64,000 nucleotides of DNA from Eukaryota sp. GEM-RC1 (taxonomy: Eukaryota): the NCBI GenBank assembly GCA_040285855.1, contig JAUFOQ010000006.1, positions 372,001 through 436,000 of the forward strand, given 5' to 3'. Position 1 is the stretch's first letter. Every line of letters starts with the position of its first letter. This document shows, piece after piece, positions 59,710 through 64,000 of this stretch. The notes beneath the pieces were generated by a model. The model worked only from the letters and a program-made list of their open reading frames with translations. It was not told the DNA's origin and searched no databases. The position numbers and the translations under genes are program-made.

Positions 59710-62217
59710 AAACTATCAAAATTACCTATATTGTCCAATCTTTTCAAAATTAAATATAATTCAAATAAAACACACATACCAGTCTTTTCATCATTTTTCA
59801 AATACTCTTTCAAAACATGAAACAATTCCACAAGCACATCACTACAATAACGTTCATCAACGTTATCCTTATTAATCACATCAGTAATGTAACAGTTTCT
59901 TATTGTTTTCACTTCCATACTTGATGCAGATTCAGATCCAATACAATCTAGTACATTATCGACAATTGACTGAATTCCAATAGTTAAGTCCACTCTCAAT
60001 TGTTTTGAAGTAGCAACACGATTATCCTCCAAAATAGGAGACAATGATATTGTTTCATAATTCACATTGTCAGTTTGTTGATATTCACATATGGAATCAC
60101 ATTTTTCATTTTCAAAGCTTTCAGTCTGAACTTCCTTGAGACAAAATCGTTTTTCATCATCAATAAGAGGAAGCACTTGGGAACTTTTTCTTTCTATACC
60201 AGCACTGACATTCTTTTTTAATAATAAAATCTTCGTTGGTAAAAGGTTTTTCTTCACACGGGGAAGTGATGGTAGAGTAATGTTGCCTCGTGGTAACTGA
60301 GGAAGTTTAGACTTATTGACACAAATCTCTGGGGAATTTTTGTTAAAAATTGAGTCACAATTAATAAATTTGGGAGGAATATTAGTTTCATCTTCTTCAA
60401 GTTCATCATTTACAACAAAATCATCTAAACTTGTTGAACTTGTATCACTATCAGATTCATCACCAGAATCGGATCCTGATAGTAGAGCTTCTGTTTCAAA
60501 TAAATTTGATTTTTCGAACTGATTTAAACGATTTTTTCCAAGTCAATAATTTGATTATCATTATTTTCAATAATTTTTTCTTTAACATTATCAACCATAA
60601 CTTCATCAACAATTTCATCAACACCATGAACAATTTCAGGAACAACAACATCATCCATAATTGGTTCACTCGATTCTGCACAAAAGTTTGCAAACAATGA
60701 ATTAAAATGATTGAAATCTCGTTGAAGACAATGTTGATTTCCCAAAACATACAAATCAATAGTGGATGGTTTAACAGGATGAAAAGTTGAATAATACCAT
60801 TGGTACAATTCCAAATTTGGTACCGGATAACTTCTTCCAATACTTAAAATCTTTAAACTCCTCCAAGACCTAACCCTACTTAAGGTCACATAAAGTTGGG
60901 CATATTCCCAAAACTGAATAGCAACTTCAATCCCGTCAATTGTTAAACCTTGGGATCGATGCACTGTTATCGCCCAGCAAGGTCTTAGCGGAAACTGAAT
61001 TCTTTTCGCCACTTGAACAGGTCTTCCGATTTCGTTCAAGTGTTCGATAGCAAACCTTGACTGACTGATTCTTTTCGGTTCTGCTTCAGCGTTGAATCGT
61101 ACATCAATATATGTATCTGAAAAATTAACAATAACTCCTTTTGAACCATTAACTAGTCCAAGTTCAGGCTTATTTTGAGTGTACATCACTTGTCCACCCA
61201 CAACGCAGTCTAGTTTTTTTTCAGCAAAGTCATCCAAGCGACTTGTCAGCACAGAAGTTTCAATGTCATAATATTTTTCCCAATTAGATTCATTGACTGG
61301 AAATCTAGAACTTCTTTTTCTAATTTGAGATTTTAATTCAGATTCATTGAATTTGTCAACAGCTACAAATTTAATTGAATCTGAATTTTTGGCCAGAAGT
61401 TTGAATTGTTTAAAATTTTCTCTAGCAACATCAGTATTCTTTCCGTATAAAATTGTTGGGTTTTCAACAGATTCTGCTGTTTCGAAATGAGTACGCAGAA
61501 TTGATTTCATAAAATTATCTAACAGACCCAATCTCAATTGATTTAGAAAATTAAAAAGTTGGAAATCTGATTGCTGTCGAATGCTACCAGCCAGTTCACA
61601 ATATTTAAAATTTAAACTGTTCCAAGCACTTAATGAAAAAGCGAAATCAGAAATTACCACTTTTCGATTTCCTTTTCCATCAAGACTTTTCACAACAGGG
61701 GCTAATTGAAGAAAGTCCCCAAAACAAATTATCTGAATTCCTCCAAAAGGTTTCTTCGGAGAGTGACATTTTTGCGTGTGCATAAGTTCGCCCAAAATGT
61801 CACTCGCCCGTTGAAACAATTTGGAGGACAACATTGAAATTTCATCAATGATTAACATTGAATTTTTTGGAGTAATTTTTTTTAACAATAATTTGACATT
61901 TGATGGCATACATTTAATAACATCATGTATGGATTCTTCTTCTTTCATAAACTTATAACCAAACAGTGAGTGTATGGTCTGTCCACCAAAAACAGTTGAG
62001 GCAACCCCAGTTGTTGCATTGAAGAAGATTTCACCATTAGCACGCATGAGACGAGATCTGACGTTACTCCACCAGTATTTGAGAGCATGCAAAGATAAGA
62101 TTTTCCTGATCCTGCACCACCAGTGACAAAGAAGTTGTGTCTGCTGGTAGTGATTGCGTTAAAGATCTCACGTTGGTCATCTGTGAGAGTGATGTTGTGT
62201 ATAGTGGTTGGTGCCAT
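59710..62217 (-). CDS. PIF1-family helicase with a long acidic C-terminal extension (two frame breaks)
   Basis: VTGGAGSGKS, ATTGVAS..GGQTIHS, IIDEISML, PFGGIQIICFGDFLQLAPV, IRQ, GLVNGSKG, RIQFPLRPCWAITVHRSQGLT, QLYVTLSRV. After an A-run near 60535 the frame continues into ORF 59532-60257, which reads into array 1. Confidence 0.88.
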
Positions 62218-62430
62218 TGAGTTGATGGATTGTTTGAGCGCAGGGAAACTTGGTCTTCATCAAATTTCTCTTTCACTTTAAACCATGACTTTATCCAGGG
62301 ACTGTATTTCAATGGGAAAATATCAGAAATGCCCACGTTTTTCTTTGGCATTATCAAAAATGTCCACGCACATCTCGTCTATCAAAAATGCCCACATGTA
62401 CGATGCTTTATTCGACAGCTACTTGTACTT

Positions 62431-62790
62431 CTATACCTCATCTAAACATCCATTAAGAACCTCGTTTGTAAAATCGATGAATCTTTCCTCATCATCGTAA
62501 TCTACAAGATGAACTTCTTCCACTTCGACCTCGTCTCTCTCTTGATCACATACTGCTAACCAACTATCTGCTTTTGTCATTCTTGCTTGTTTAGCTTTCT
62601 TGGGGAAGACTCCGTTTCTCTTCTTTTGACGTCTTCCAGGAGTCTTCTGAATAAGAGGAGGATTGATTGTAGGATACTGATTTCTCTTGTTCCACTCTTT
62701 TACGGGTGGGATGATAGGTAGTCTGCCTTCGTTGGTTTTTTTGTAGTTAACCAAAGAGTGGACCTCGTCAATAGCTTCCAGAGGTCTCAT
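62431..62790 (-). pseudogene. MULE transposase-like C-terminal segment
   Basis: IDEVHSLVNYKKTNEGRLPIIPPVKEW..INPPLIQKTPGRRQKKR resembles the post-SWIM MuDR tail; no DDE core seen. Confidence 0.55.
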
Positions 62791-62806
62791 TTTTATCTTT
62801 AAATAA

Positions 62807-62955
62807 ACAAGATGTGTAACACAAGATCTGTAATACAAGATGTGTTTTACAAGATGTGTAACACAAGATCTGTAATACAAGGTGTGTTTTACAAGATGTG
62901 TAACACAAGATGTGTTTTACAAGATCTGTAACACAAGATGTGTTTTACAAGATTT
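62807..62955. repeat. 14-bp tandem array 2 (about 10.5 units)
   Basis: ACAAGAT(G/C)TGT(AAC/AAT/TTT); same family and orientation as array 1. Confidence 0.95.
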
Positions 62956-62957
62956 AT

Positions 62958-63782
62958 TTAGTTACACAGATACTTACAAACATACTTCACTACACTATCA
63001 TTAAACTGCAACAACTCATCACATAAATTATCCACATCAATCTCATCATTTCCTGACATTTTCCAAGTCAAAACATGTTTCAAATCAACAAAATCACTTC
63101 GTTCTAAAATAAAACTAAACAAATTGACAACTCCAGTATAATCATTACAATTACCTTTTGCTAAAACAATGTTAACAAAAATCAAAACAAACTTTGAAAC
63201 AGACAAGCAATAATCATTGTCCTCAAGTAATAGCAACAATTTATCCTCAATCTTTTTAAAATAAACAAGTCTTAAATGACCATCATCATGAAGTGAACTT
63301 TGGAGGAGTGCAGGAATTAATAAAGTTGTAGAAGATCGAGAACTATGACAAAATAATATACCAACTAAACAAGCAAAACTATTGATCAGCAAATGCAAAT
63401 GCTTCAAAAACAAACAAGTATCATCATTGAGACAACAATGAAGAAGAATATCAATTAAACCTGTCCAGTTGAGAAAACTGTTGAGTAGAGGCGTGAACTG
63501 CCAAAGATGAGATACTCTGATTAAGACTTCCTCAACATTAGAAGTTTCTGATGAAGGGTAGAACAGAGTTGACACAAGATCTTTTAAGGAAGTTGATATA
63601 GATGTGGTCACAAAATCATCTCCTAACGAAGTACAATGACAACAATTGCATAAGGTTATCAAACTTCTGTTGCAGTGTTCATGAAACTGTGCTAACAGAC
63701 TTGACATCACTTCAAGAGAAGATTCGTTCAAAGACATTGAGATTCCGATGAAGGAGAATTTGTTTCCCGGCAAAATTTGCAT
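62958..63782 (-). CDS. Hypothetical Leu/Cys-rich helical protein
   Basis: Intact 274-aa ORF whose stop codon abuts array 2; no recognisable motif. Confidence 0.5.
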   Translation of the reverse strand: MQILPGNKFSFIGISMSLNESSLEVMSSLLAQFHEHCNRSLITLCNCCHCTSLGDDFVTTSISTSLKDLVSTLFYPSSETSNVEEVLIRVSHLWQFTPLLNSFLNWTGLIDILLHCCLNDDTCLFLKHLHLLINSFACLVGILFCHSSRSSTTLLIPALLQSSLHDDGHLRLVYFKKIEDKLLLLLEDNDYCLSVSKFVLIFVNIVLAKGNCNDYTGVVNLFSFILERSDFVDLKHVLTWKMSGNDEIDVDNLCDELLQFNDSVVKYVCKYLCN

Positions 63783-64000
63783 GAACTCATCAACAAACGT
63801 TCTGTCTCGGAAACGTCGTCTTTCTGCTTATCAGAGGAAGTATGCATCTAAACATCAAGATGTATACAATGTCTTTTCTTTTACTGAGACCAAATCAACT
63901 CCTTCAACTTCACCTTGCAATCTCGGAATCAATGGAGATTATATCTTAATCACCCGAGCTGCTGATAGTACTTCTCATATCGCAGTGTCCACCAACAATA

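Noticed and set aside
60524..62217. Helitron assignment for the PIF1 helicase
   Set aside because: No HUH Rep motifs upstream and no hairpin-CTRR end identified in the window.
59492..62955. CRISPR-like array next to a helicase
   Set aside because: Units are contiguous 14-mers with no unique spacers and no cas genes; eukaryotic context.

Overview
Eukaryotic DNA from a compact, AT-rich, nearly intron-free genome of a flagellated protist (radial-spoke gene present). A metamonad-type origin is plausible, but this is inference only. Host genes: MO25, NC2beta/DR1, a bacterial-type GNAT, an LRR protein, a microbial (type-1) rhodopsin with an unusual counterion, RSPH4/6, three giant TmcB/TmcC-like membrane proteins (one carries a bacterial chemoreceptor-type Cache domain; two share an identical 27-nt intron), PAN3, MLH3, a small secreted beta-protein, a talin-like FERM protein and an HMG-box protein. 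Between the genes lies dense, nested transposon debris whose ends can be read directly from TIRs and TSDs. It includes a chromodomain Ty3/gypsy element with 78-bp LTRs, several CRE-like non-LTR copies, six hAT elements with 8-bp TSDs (one imperfect), two pogo-like elements and MULE elements with 9-bp TSDs. Best leads: (1) a decayed Fanzor1-type RNA-guided nuclease with an extra C-terminal zinc knuckle and a structured downstream omega-RNA candidate; (2) a PIF1 helicase plus MULE-tail module bracketed by two arrays of a 14-bp quasi-palindromic repeat; (3) the rhodopsin. Many ORF breaks fall in homopolymers or at TTCCA and look like long-read assembly errors. All protein calls come from motif recognition by eye; no searches were run.
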